A DNA stretch of 64,000 nt. It comes from Octopus vulgaris. Taxonomy: Eukaryota. The translations under genes and the position numbers were made by a program. How positions within the stretch are numbered: position 1 is the stretch's first letter; each line of letters begins with the position of its first letter. The DNA lies in assembly GCA_951406725.2 (NCBI GenBank), contig OX597837.1, positions 17,918,001 through 17,982,000 on the forward strand. The letters run 5' to 3'. The notes under the pieces were generated by a model, which was not told the DNA's origin, did no database searches, and worked only from the letters and a program-made list of their open reading frames with translations. Shown here piece after piece: positions 51,246 through 64,000 of the stretch.

Positions 51246-53262
51246 GTAAGCAAGCAAGACAAGGAATGTTTGCTGCCATGCTCACACTTTTTAACCTCTT
51301 TGTTGCTATTTAGTAGGGAAAGACATGCTTGGTACTTTATCCAGATTTCATACTATGATTAATGTGATACAAACTTTTACTGTTCAACTTGGAGATAAAA
51401 GCCTTTATCCCCATTGCTGTTCACAGTTCATCTGTTACTTACTAAATCACTGCGTATCTTGTACAAGACAACTATTCACCACTTCAGTGCACAAGGTTTT
51501 GGCCCTTAAATATATGTAGTGACTAAGCTGTGAGGAAAGAAATAAGTTCATGAAATGTATGTCTGTTATGGACTGCGTTCCTCCTGAAGTACTTCTAAGG
51601 AAGACGAGAAAGAGTGCGAGTCTCAAAGAGATTTAAGAAGATAATGACTCTTTTATGTAAACATAGAAACTTGAGCTGTAAAGTCTTTGGCTGATGCTTT
51701 CTACAGGTTTTATTGTATGTCTAGGTATATATATATATATATATATATATACAATTATGTATGTGTGTACACACACACACACATATATTTATAAAAATGT
51801 ATGTATGTAGATATCTGTTTGTGTGTGTATGTAATATATGCTCAGGCAGCTTTTAAATCCTCCTTGATATTCTAAGCAGGATTTCAAGTGAGATTCAAAG
51901 ATTACTGTGTGTTACTAAACCCTGTTGTCATAACTCTAGCTTTCTCCTCACATCTCCACTTCCTCCCTATCATACATAACAGGTTGCAGGGGTATCCATA
52001 TTTTCTTTCTTCTGACTGTCTGTCTCCTCTGACTCGCTCTTTCACTTCCCTCACATACTCACCTCCTCTCTCTCTTCTGCCTCCTTCTCTTCCTTTCTAC
52101 CTCTCTTTTCATCTCTCCCTATCACTCATTATTCATTATCATTCAATATTGCTTCATTTTGTTTAGTTCTTTAATTTTCTGGCTCTAAATTTGGTTATGC
52201 ATTATTACTTCTAACAGGTATGATAGTAACAGAAAGTGTTATTTTAGCACAACTAATTAAGAGAAGAATTAATTTTGAATGAAATGTACTTTGGATTTGT
52301 GCCTGAACTGGGTCCTGTTGGTACTGTCTTCTGAGTGAGACAACTATAGAAATTCTTAACTAAGAGTTAACCACTAGACATAGCATTTGTTTAACTGGAG
52401 ATGTCACAGTGTGCAATAGTTTGATGGTTGATAAGAAAGCTAGGTGTAGGTGAATGGCTTGTTAGAGTCATGCATACCATTTGCAGCAGAGAATAACCAA
52501 ACTTAAACTTTGCTGATATGACATGCAGAACCATGATAAAAAGGAAGGGGATGAGAATGCTTGGTAATCATTAATATGTTCTGTTTCGGCAGAACACATA
52601 TTGCATTATTTATTCACTAACCTTACAAATGCTCTACCAGTACTAGGATGGCCTCTGCACCTCTGAACCATTTTCATTCCATCTCCATCCAAATCCAGAA
52701 TCCCCTCTCTTCTGGTCACTTCATATTTGATTTATTAGTTATTAGTTGACTTATTGTTCTTAGTGTTTTAATTGTGTAAATGCATGATATAATGGATTTC
52801 TGTTTTTGAGAAAGTTTGGTATATATTTTACCATTCGCTATTTCTTGAACTGCTAAGTTATAGGACATAAACAGAAACACAGATGGAGCCACACACACAT
52901 AATGGGCTTCTGTACAGTTACTATTTACCAAATTTCACTCACAAGATATGTCAAACTGAGGCTATAGTAGAAGGTACTTGCACAAAATACCATGCATTAG
53001 GACTGAACCTGAAACTACATACAGTAATCCTTTTCCATATTGCAGTTTATTATTTAAGCTGAAATCAATTCCTCTGTGATGTTGTTTTGCATTTATAATA
53101 AGATATATACAAATTATTAAAATAAAAAAGAAAATATACAGTACAGTACTGTTTCTACTTCGCAGATTTTCACCTTTCAGTGGGTGATTTGGAACGTAAC
53201 AGCCGAGGAATTACTGTAGTTACAAAGCAAAATCTTAACCACTCATCCATGCTTGCATTCAT

Positions 53263-53318
<56 letters not shown>

Positions 53319-53319
<1 letters not shown>

Positions 53320-54200
53320 ACCTTGATTACCTTGACCGACCAGTCCGTCAGGCATCCATTTGGCACTGCTGGTCACAGCAAACAGTCCACTCCTCTCTGG
53401 ATCGTGCCTTTCTCATCCACATGATCCCAAGTGCCCTCCTGAAATCGTAACTCCACCGTCGTGGAGGCCTTCCGAGTGGTCGTTTCCGCTTGCGCGGGTC
53501 CACCAATTATCGGTGAGTTAGGCGATGTGTCCAGCCCATCTACACTTGCTGTGTGTATATTCTACGATGACATCCCTCACACCAGACTTCTCTCTGATGA
53601 CCTCGCTACTGATGTGCTCTCTCAACGAGATACCAAGCATTGACCTCTCCATGACTCTTTGAGTCGTTACCAATCTCTGTTCTTCTCTCTTTGTTGTAGC
53701 CCATATTTCACTACCATATAACATTGCAGGTAGAACTGTGCTATTGATGAGGTTGGTGTGGGTGGTCCTGTCCAACCCTCCCTTGAGCACATCCCTTACA
53801 CCATTAAATGTCTTCCATCTGGCCCTTACTCTCCGTGAGATCTCCTTTTTGATATCTCGGCACATATTCACTTCCTAACCCAGGTAGACATATTCCTTTA
53901 CCTCCTCTTTTTCATCACTGCTGATCACCATTCAACATTGTCTGACCGTATGAACTTCATTTTCATGCGGTTCATCTTGAGACCTACTACAGAGCTTTTG
54001 ATGTCAAACTCGATCAGCATGGTTTGAAGCTGATCCATGGTTTCAGCAATGATTATGATGTCATCAGCAAAACGGAGGTGGGTGAGTAGCTCGCCATTGA
54101 TGTTCACACCGCCTTGCCAGTCAATGCCTCTGATGATCTGCTCGAGATATTTAGTGAAAAGTTTTGGAGAGATCGTATCTTCTTGCTTCACTTTTGCATA
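53319..54200 (-). mobile_element. RTE-clade LINE 3' fragment (a different family)
   Basis: VKQEDTISPKLF, THLRFADD, GLKMN, EYVYLG, VLPAMLYGSEIW, RWAGHIA; short CAAGGT-repeat tail. Confidence 0.9.
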
Positions 54201-54452
54201 AGACACATGTATAAAAGAAGGTAAGAGATGTAATGCACACTGCAGACTTACATATGCAAGGATAATTTAACAGTAAGCAAGTTTGCTGCTTCTAACGAAA
54301 GAATGCCTCTTGTTTCCCACAATATTTCTAGCTCCAAATAACTTATTTTTATATATCTAGCACTATGTCTTTCTCCATTTCTAAGTTAAGGGCAAAAATA
54401 AGGCAACCATGCAAGACAAAACTGGTCTTAACACATAGATGCACAGAATAAT

Positions 54453-54708
54453 AGCAATCAAATAATGAAAGTGCAGTGCTCATCAAACATCAGCGATCTG
54501 ACTGTCACCTGTACTCTTGATAAGAGATCTCAGTCCTTTACACCTTACTAGGCTCGTTCGTATTAAGCCCGAATTACTACTGTATAGCAGCAATCAAATA
54601 ATGAAAGCAGAGTACACAACAAACATCACCGATCTGACTGTCGCTTGTACTCTTGACAAGAGATGTCAGTTAGTCCTTTTCACCTACCAGGCTCATTTGT
54701 AATTAGCC
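54453..54708. repeat. diverged tandem duplication, period 136 bp
   Basis: AGCAATCAAATAATGAAAG...CGATCTGACTGTC...GTACTCTTGA.AAGAGAT occurs at 54453 and 54589. Confidence 0.85.
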
Positions 54709-55315
54709 AAAGTTGCTAGATCATTTTTCGTTCCTTTCAGAATACTGTAGAACGGAAACTTTTCATAGATTGGAATTTAAATCCTAATCTCTATAAAAAA
54801 TTTATTATTTCAAGAAAACATCGAATTTGAAATACTTTTAATTTATGCGATTATAGATAAGAACTCAGGCTGTAACTTCTGAGCCCAAGTTAGGCACATG
54901 TGAACAATGTGGAGAGAACGTCTGCTACAAATGATATTTGAAGGAAAATAAATGAACTGCAACCAGACTCAATAAAAGGAGCCCAAGTTATTGGCTGCAA
55001 TTACATACTTAAGTCAGTGTTGGCAGAAATTAAATCAACTTGCAAATACACATTCACTTTACTAAATTTATACTCAGGCTAAGCCCAAACAACCTGAGTG
55101 CTTATAATAGCCCTCCCTTCGTCAGTGATACATGTGGCAAAAGAAATAAATGAGATACTTACTCGTACCCATGGAAGAAGCAAACACTAAGTCATGAGCA
55201 CAATTAAGTACCCCAAATACATCCAAAATAGAAATACTCTAGCCCATTCGAGACACGTGCGATTTGAACTGATGCTCTCACAGAGTGAAAGAGTCTGGAA
55301 GTGAACACTTAAATT

Positions 55316-55501
55316 TATATCTAATGTAGGATAAAACTTTTTGAAAAAAAATTCTTTTCCAAAAAAATTTTTCGTTTGCCCTTATTTATGAATTGTTTAT
55401 AATTTTAACCTTTAAAGGTATTTTTTAATATGCTGGCCATTGATAAAATTTTTTGGGAAAAGAATTTTTTTCGAAAAAAGTTTTATCCTACATTAGATAT
55501 A
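55316..55501. mobile_element. foldback MITE with ~55-bp TIRs in a TA context
   Basis: TATATCTAATGTAGGATAAAACTTTTTGAAAAAAAATTCTTTTCC... / ...GGAAAAGAATTTTTTTCGAAAAAAGTTTTATCCTACATTAGATATA. Confidence 0.8.
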
Positions 55502-55689
55502 TATATATATATATATTAATTATTTAAAATGAACAAGAATGGAGAAAATCACAAATACTTTCTCCATTTCAAAGATGATTTGCTGTAAGACTTGTAAAAG
55601 AAGAGAATACTTCTACATGGGGAATTACATTGGATTTATTGGTATCTGATTGTTTTATATAGTTAACTAAATTCATTTAATTTTGGTTT

Positions 55690-55900
55690 CTAATTTTTGG
55701 CACAAGGTCAGTCATTTTGGAAGAGGGAATAAGTTGATTGCATTGACCCCAGTGCTCAACTGGCACTTTATTTTGTCAACCCTGAAAGGATGAAAGGCAA
55801 AGTTGACCCTGGCGAAATTTGAACTTAGAACATAAAAACAGGCAAAATGCCACCAAGCATTTTGTCTGGTGTGCTAACAATTCTGCCAGCTTGCCACCTT
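55690..55900 (-). mobile_element. SINE (family of 6184)
   Basis: Ends AACAATTCTGCCAGCTTGCCACCTT, the reverse complement of the head at 6184. Confidence 0.8.
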
Positions 55901-55999
55901 AAGTTCACTTGATATTGAGTGCTTTCTAGATGTCTGCCTGAATTTATTAATCCCTTTTACCTAATGTTATATGTGTGTGTGTGTCTATATGTAGTGATG

Positions 56000-56310
56000 A
56001 TGCATGGCTCAGTGATAAGAGCATTGAGTTTACAAGTGTGAGGTTGTGAGTTTGATTCCCGATCCGGGCTGTGTGTTGTGTTCTTGAACAAGACACTTTA
56101 TTTCCCATTGCTCCTGTTCACTCAGCCATTAAAATGAGTTATGATGTCACTGGTGCCCAGCTGTATCGGCCCCTTTGCCTTTCCCTTGCATAACATCAGT
56201 GGCATGGAGAAGGGAGACTGGTATGCATGGGCAACTGCTGCTCTTTCAAAAACCAACCTTACCCAGACTTGTGCCTTGGAGGAGAGCTTTCTATGGTCAT
56301 TTGTGATTGA
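56000..56310 (+). mobile_element. tRNA-derived SINE
   Basis: GCATGGCTCAGTGATAAGAGC (A box), GAGTTTGATTCC (B box), GTTCTTGAACAAGACACTTTATTTC core. Confidence 0.75.
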
Positions 56311-57296
56311 AGGAGGTCTTTATATATGGGTGGGCCACTTGCCTGAACCAATGCAACTCTTCCATGCCAGATGTCTCAATCAGTCATAGCAGTCTTCATA
56401 TACTTAACTTTCCAGTGTCTTACACAGGTTGGTTGATATGTTATGTTTCTATTTTAACTTTTTATATCCCCCACCTCCATCCTTGTTGAGTACTCATAAT
56501 AAATTTTACCCACTTTCATCCTGACAACTGCTGATGGTAAATTGAATAGGGGTGAAGGTGAATCCAGTGGCGGTTGTGTTGAAGGGTTGCAGGTGGTGGT
56601 TGTTGATAATGATGGTGCTTCTGAGGAAGTTGAAAGAATAAAGTGATACATGTGGATATAGTGTTGGTCATTGTAGGGAGCTGTAACTATTCTCTTCATC
56701 TGTTATGAATGGGAATGGCTTATGTTATGTGATTTTTTAAAAAATAAGACATCATCATTACCACAGCAATCATCATCACCATCACAGTCATCATCATAAT
56801 GTACAACAGTGGTAGCAGTAGGGTGAACCTTTTGAATTAGAGGAGAGGTGTTGCTTACGTAAGAAGAAAGTGTTGGAGAAGTTAACAACTGTTGCTATAG
56901 AAACAGTCTTCTCTGGAATTGAATAATTGTCTTTTGGGAGACATAAATGAAAAGGTAGGAACAGAGAGGGGGTAACTAACAAAGACTAGAGAGATAGTGA
57001 AGTAGTGATGGTAAAAGAGTGGGAGAGAGCGTGTGTGTGTGAAAGAATGAATTTGGGAATGTAGAGAAAGAAAGAAACAACATATTAATGTCCGTGCTTG
57101 TGTGTGTGTGTGAGTTTGGGTTATTTTGTCCCTGGCTTTCACCCACCCCTACTCCTACTTTCCACTCCACTGTCATAGCTCTACCTACAAAAAGGTACGA
57201 CTCATTTGGTTTATTTAACATGTCAATGGTGAATGGTTTAATAATTACTTGACACCATCCTAGATTGTTCACCATCTCTTTCTCTCTCTCTCCCTT

Positions 57297-57334
<38 letters not shown>

Positions 57335-59379
57335 TTTCCTTTCTTTCCTCTTTTCATCCATTCACTCCATTTTGTCTCACCTTCATTTACCTTCCCCTCC
57401 CTCTACAGTTATCCATTCATTTATTCCCCTCCTCCTTCTCTTATTTCAATCCAAATTAGCTCCATTGATCTGATAATCTACTTTCCTGTTTCTTCCTTTG
57501 TTATCTCCTTCATTATTATTGTTGATGTTGTAATGAATCCCACTGCCACAACCACCACCAACCCTAACCACCTTCCTGCTTCAGTCTTCATCATCATCAT
57601 CATCATCACTACCACTACCAACACTACACTATATGTTAGTTACCTTGTTAACTACCTGATTTCTATTGATTCTTTCTGTCATTTACCAATATTGCTGTGC
57701 TGTCTATGTATGAGCGTGCATGCGCGTGTGTGTATGCATGCATGTCTGAATGCGTGACAGAGAGAGTATTTTGTGCCAGTGTGCAGTGAATAGTCAGGGA
57801 GAGTTTGTGTATGCTTATATGTTGCGTGTTTGTGTCATTATGTTCTTCTGTGTGTGTGTGTGAGAGAGACAGACAGAGAGCAGGAGAGTTTGTGTGTATG
57901 TTGTGTGTTTAAGTATGTGTAAACATAAGTATCTGTTCTAAGGTGTGTGTGTGTGTGTGTGTGTGCATGCATCTGTATATACAGCTACTTAGGGTAGCAG
58001 CAACTGTTTTTACACAAGTGTGTTGTGTTACACATGGTGTGTTGTGTCAGCTGTTGTGAACGAGGTGATCCAGTAGAGAGCAAAGGTGGGGAAGTTGATT
58101 AAACATAAATAATATGTCATCACATTTGTCTTGGACACATTTCTGTTGCTTGCCTCAATGTATATATAAGATTGTAACATGTTTTGTTACTCACCTATGT
58201 GCAGATATATGAGATATTTTTACTTTCTTCTAATGATGCTTTATTCTTTGTTGTTTTTCATGTTTTGAAAGTTGACAGAATTTCATGTAGTTTCCTTATC
58301 ATTGGTTCTCTGAGAAATCTCAGTCCCCCCACCCCTAGTATTTGTGATATCTTCTTCCTATTCCTTTATTCATGATAAGACAAAATTTGCATCTATGTAA
58401 TTCTTTCTTTGCCATGGTGTTGAATCAGCTTAAATTTTTTTAACCATTTTCATTTGTATTAAAGATAGCAATTTGTCTGTCCAGTATTTAATCCTCACAG
58501 TTCGCAACCCTACGGCAGGTGCAAGGCTCCCTCTGTGAGAAACACGTCTTTCACCATATTGAAAATGGGCACATGGCCACATGCTGTGGTTCCAGAACTT
58601 ATTTTGTTGTAGAATCTTTATAAGATTTTCCAAAAATCAGAGAATACATACCTATATTCTACAGACAACCACTGCCACCTTAATTTTAATAAAACATTAA
58701 GCAAAAATTGTTTTCAAGGGAGAATTTATTCTTATCAAAAACATATAGTAATAACTTATTATTGTGAAAATAGTGAATGGCATTGTTTCCTTATAAAAAA
58801 AAATTATATTTAATTTTAGTAAAAGATCCCTTTGCTTGTGGAGCCTTAGAATTTTTTCATGGTACTCTAAGATTTCTCAGAAGCCATTTTAAGGCCTAGT
58901 GGTCTACAAATTTGCTTCTTGATCATCATGTTCTTATTTTGAATCCACTGCATGGTACTTTGACAAAGTGTCTTCTACCAGTAGCTGAAATTGATCAAAG
59001 CTTCCAAAGTGCAGTTGGGTCATTGTTGTTGTTTAAATCATAGGTCTACTTATTCAGAACTATTATGTGCTTGGGGTGAGGAGAAACCAGAGTATTCAGA
59101 ACTATCATGAGGCAAAAGTGTTTCAGCTGTGTCTAGTTTCTCTTTTTGTCTATTTATGATTACACAGTCCAGTATGTCCTTCATTTAAGGTATTTTAGGT
59201 CAATTGACCACATAGAGGCTCTTATTTGTTCAACTGTAATTTGGAAGACAAAAGCAATATAGAAATTTATTGGTTGGCTTGTGGTTAAAATTTAAAGAGC
59301 CATCTTTATCTGACATTGTCACACCGTGCCTGAATTAAGGTAAATATATCTGAAGAATACTCGGTTATTTATATTGTAT

Positions 59380-60530
59380 TCAATGTAATGTAATGTTCCT
59401 TTGAGAAAACTGTTGGAACTCTTAAGAAGAAGAGTTATTGTAAATTACTTTGTGAAATAGCTATGGGTAACAAGATTGGCCCTCAGCAATGCTAATCTAT
59501 TTGTTGAGTTCCTTGAAACTTAGATCATCCATTTCACTGGCTGCACCCCAAAGTGATATGGTCATTACATTGACAACAGTATCTATACTATCTCCATTAC
59601 TTGCAAGCAACCCTTTTTCTTTATTTCCTTTGTCAGCTCCTTCCCTTCTGTTTTAAAATTCACACCTACCATTTCTAATACCTCTCTCTGCTTCTTAAAC
59701 ATTTTTGTCTTAAATAATGCTCCCTCCCTCACCTTTCTATCTCTGTCTTTTATAAACTTACTAACTTTCCTTCATAGCTTGATTTCTCCTCATACCATCC
59801 AACTCTCTAAGCCAATTTACCCAAATCACAATTCTCCCTCCACATCCATAGCTAAGATTCTGACTTTGAGATGAAGTACCACCAAATGGTTCACTTCCTT
59901 CTCCAATATAGTTACCTCTAACAAGCCATTGATGTAACTCACTGGCATACCTTACTTATTGATCACTCCACTGTTCCATCATCAACTGTATTCTTTTCAC
60001 CTCAATTGTCAAGCTTCATACCTGATCTCCCCAGTGCACCAATCTATACAATTTCCATTTTGTCCTGCCCAATCCTGCTGCTTTCCACATCTTAACTGAA
60101 CACCTCCATTTCTTCAGATGTGACTGCAAAATATGTGACTTTCTGGACCACTTTTCTTTCACTTCCTTGCCATACCCAGCCTAGATTATTTATTTCTGTT
60201 TCAACACTTCTCTCTTCGCCCTGAACATTACTACACTACACAATTTAAAGTATACTTTTCATGCCACTAATCATTTCATTTACCTCATCATAAACATAAT
60301 CTATTACATGACATGTCAACTCCAAACCTTACTATACATAAAAGAGACCAACCAGAGATGAATCCTGCCACTTAAATTCTCCAGATGAAACCCATTTTCA
60401 TGCTGTTATTTGTAGTCTCCTACAATACCAGGCAATTACTGCTATGCAATGTTCTCCAAACAACAGTTCACATTCTATTTAGAGACAGCCATTCTTGGTT
60501 GTAACAATAATCACTTAGCTCCCCACCAAT
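59380..60530 (+). mobile_element. decayed Penelope-like retroelement (RT + GIY-YIG remnants)
   Basis: IAMGNKIGP..ANLFV, YIDN, LKFTPTISNTSLCFLNI, VFYKLT..LDFSSYHP, and NIIYYMTC..LYIKET (GIY-YIG-like). Confidence 0.7.
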
Positions 60531-61829
60531 GAACAATGATAAACATCCATACATGCACATTTACACCAGCTCACTTCTCTTCATATATGCACATACACAT
60601 ATGATGACTTATTTGCATGTCAAAAATTATTTTGTCATTACTTACACCTCTACTCATGCATACATGCTGTTATGCTCATATTGCCTTTGCATTGCCACTA
60701 CCTACTAAGTACTTTATTCACCTAGTTCTTTCTTCAACTAACTAATATTCATTCACTACTCATCATACTCTTCTATGCCACTAACCACATACCCTCTTCT
60801 ATTTCTGTTCAACTATTGTTTATCATGCTGTTGGATAATACACTTTTTTTTTCTCATACAAGTTTTTTCCACTTCTCTGTCGGTCTTGACAAAGGGCAAA
60901 TTATTCAAAACATGGATATCTCTTCCTTGACTTTGTTCATTTTTGTCTTTTGCTTGTTCTTTGCCAATGATTTATCTGATATATAGACATATACTACTCC
61001 CCCCCCCTTATACTTTCTGACTTTATTTCAAACGATGATTTATGATAAATAACTTTGTGAAATTTAACCACTAATACTCTTAGGGTGGCTACCTAAACTA
61101 GGGTAAGTCATGTATGAAATTAAAGCATTTTTTAGTGTTGGTGTGGTAGTGAAAAAAACAAAATCTATTGCCAAAAATTAACGCTAAAATGATATACTAA
61201 ATAATTACAAATTAACAAGAGTGTGTCAGTACACATGCAAATAGTTCTTGTTTTTGAATATGGTGTATGTTGGAGAGTTTCATTTATTAAGGAAATAAAG
61301 TGAAAATTAATTACTCTATATACTGTTCTTGTTTCACTCTTAACATGTGAAATTTTGTAAACCTATTTTGAAACTATTGCCATTATTACTACTACCACCA
61401 ACTATCATCAACATGGGCTCCGTCTAATGATGGAGCTTCTGCATAGTTGCTTATCTTGCTGGAAATAATAGTCAGATATGCCTCAAATCATACTTTACTG
61501 CTTTAAGTAAGCCAGTAAGGTCGTCCTGAAAGAAATAGCAGCCAAATATTCTTCAAATCACACTCTACTTTTCGAAAGAAAAAAAGCAAAGGTGTACAGT
61601 GCAGGGCACTATGTCTAGAAAAAAATGATAGGATAGTCATGGCTAAATTGTCTTCAGTCATAGGTATTTTGATTTAGAACCAAGTTGGAGATAAGCTACA
61701 GTAACAGCATTGCCATCCTGATCTTAGCTTAATGAGGTGGGGGTGAGGGGTCTCTACATAGCCCCTTGACCAACTTTCTTTTAAACTATACCTTCCCCTT
61801 TTTAAAAATACTTCTGAGACACTGTGCTT

Positions 61830-64000
61830 TAAAAATACCTTGAGATTTTGAGAAGACTTCTTGCACAATAACCAGCAGTTGATCCAGAAGAATTCTGGTG
61901 AAAATCTTGCTGGCAATACTGAACAGGGAGATACTACAGTAGTTGTTGCACACTAACCGGTCTCCTTTCATGAAGATGGTAATGGTGTTTGTGTTTTTGA
62001 AGTCATCCAGAATGGTCTTGGTATATCATATTTGCAGCATCAGGTAGAACAGCTTGGTTCTCAATATGTACCCACTGTGTGTGAAAAGCTCCAGGAGGAT
62101 GTTTGGAGTGGGAGCTTTTCCAGGTTTCATTCATTTGATGGCTTTCATGAATTCCTGGAAGAAGGGCCATTCATAGTTTGACAGGTCGTTGCAAAATGTT
62201 TCTTAAGAGGTCTTCTGAAGTTTGAGAATGGTTGTTCAGAAGAAGATGGAAATGTTCTCTCTAACGATACATGATTTCTTCTTCTGTAGTGAGAGTGTGA
62301 CAGTTAGCAGTTTTCAAGGTACCAGTAGATGACCTGATTATGCTGAAAATCTCCTTGATCCTTGCTTAAAAGTGATGCATGTCTCTTTGGTCTGAGTAGT
62401 TCTGGAGTACAGCAGCCATTGCTTGCAATCAGGAGTTCAATCAGGAGTTTTGGATTTCTCTGAGGTAGCTTTGACATATCTGTATTTCTTGTTGCTCCTC
62501 ATTGGGTGTTTTTCAAAAGCAATACATGCTACTCTTACTGATCAGATGCTTGATCTCTTCGTTATTTTCACTGAATCAGACTTGGTTTTGGCACTTTGAG
62601 TAGCCAATGACCTCATCTGCAGCAGATGTTATAGCATCACGCAGAGTGTGCCAATCATTGGATGAAGGATTCCCATTTTGCCTTTCCCTCAGATATTGAT
62701 TAACTGCTTCTTGGAAGGCTTGGGGGGTCCTTCAGTTTGCAACAGTCATACCTCAATTTGTACTCATTGGGGTGCTGAAGGGGTGGATGAGAGATCACAA
62801 GCCAGTGATTGGTCCAGCAGTCATCAGCACCTGGCAGGGATTTGGTGATCCTCACATACTTCTTGTCTTGGATCCTTGTCAACACATAATCCAGAATATG
62901 CCAGTGTTTTGACCTCTGTGGTTGCCAGGTTGTTCTGTGGCAGGTTGAAAGGCAGAAGAGGGTGTTCATAATCATCAGGTCATTTTCCACACAGGGACTA
63001 AGGAGGAGCAGTCCATTGGCATTGCAGTTTACAATCCCGTGTTTGCTGAGGATGCCTTGCCAGAGATGGTGATCGTGACCAACTTAAGCATTAAAGTCAC
63101 CAAAGATGATCAGTTTATCATTTCGTGGAATGGCTAGGCTGGTAACATTGAGAGAGTTGTAGAAAGCATTTTAATTTTATCATCTGAGTCTAGAGTTGGA
63201 GCATAGACTGAGGGCAGATAAGAGAGGGATTCAGATGGATATCAGATGTTTGCTTGTTGATGTTGGAGTGAAGCTGTGTTTCTTGAGCAGCTCAGTTTTA
63301 ATGAGAAGTCCAATGCCATAGATGCGAGGTTCATTGGCATCCTTTCTTTTGCAAAAGAATTTGTAGCCAACTTCCTGCATGATGTCATCACTGGACAAAC
63401 GAGTTTTGCTCCGAGCAGCTATATCAATATTGAAGTGGGTGAGTTCTTGGGAGACAAGCATGGTATGCCTTTCAGGTTGGTATGTAGTTTGCATGTCCAT
63501 CAAAGTTCTCAGAGAATGGGATCAAATTTTTCTACTGCTAAGATGGGTGTCTGCCAGTTATGCTAAACCAGCCAGATGAAGAGAACAATGACCGATATTT
63601 ACCCCACCTTTTCTAGGAGCTTCGCTGTATGGGGAGGGCTGCTCTGACACAGCTGCTGAAATCCTGTGTCACCGCTACTTCACTGAGAAAATTACCATCA
63701 CTTGCATGTCGCCAATATATATTCATGAGCTAGAAGCTTCCAGTATACCAAGCCTGCTCCTGTTGCCCATGGGGTCATCACTATTGGACTTGAAGAAGTG
63801 GTGAAGAGCATCATGCAGGGGCTATTTGCGTGATTTTTATTAGGGTGGATGACAGTTTGTGAAATTGATGCCCATGCACTTCACTCCATAGCCTCCTCTG
63901 CTGCTCATCATATGGTTGAGACAGGCAGTCTTTGAACCATGGAACTGTTTTGAACTGCTGAAACCCAGTTCTTTTAGGGATCACCCTGATGCCAGCCTGA
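61830..64000 (-). mobile_element. RTE (BovB/AviRTE-like) LINE 5' half, decayed
   Basis: PERHTMLVSQELTHFNIDIAA..TRL, IIFGDFNA, TTWQPQRSKHWHILDYVLTR, DCWTNH, KGDRLVCNNYCSISLFSIASKIF; the 5' UTR continues to the window end. Confidence 0.88.

Overview
AT-rich, microsatellite-dense eukaryotic DNA that is almost entirely repeats and looks intronic or intergenic. The SINE, RTE-LINE and mariner families resemble those of octopus (coleoid cephalopod); that assignment is from recognition, not a database search. No host protein-coding gene can be firmly called, only two weak exon candidates. The one long real ORF (44099-47221, -) belongs to a young, near-intact RTE non-LTR retrotransposon (43714-48392). 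It encodes an AP endonuclease plus RT with a C4HC3 PHD-type finger inside the RT, carries a single 1-bp frameshift near the C-terminus, and has a 5' end built from identical 333-bp monomers. The rest is decayed RTE, R4/Dong and Penelope retroelements, tRNA-derived SINEs, mariner/maT/Tc1/pogo/piggyBac transposons, a non-autonomous Helitron and MITEs. The most unusual observations are: a ~68-bp 28S rRNA fragment inside a mariner transposase; a 10 x 51-bp minisatellite whose unit is a transposase catalytic-aspartate motif; a piggyBac carrying an inverted copy of its own end plus host flank; and an isolated pre-miRNA-like hairpin. Boundaries of decayed elements are approximate.
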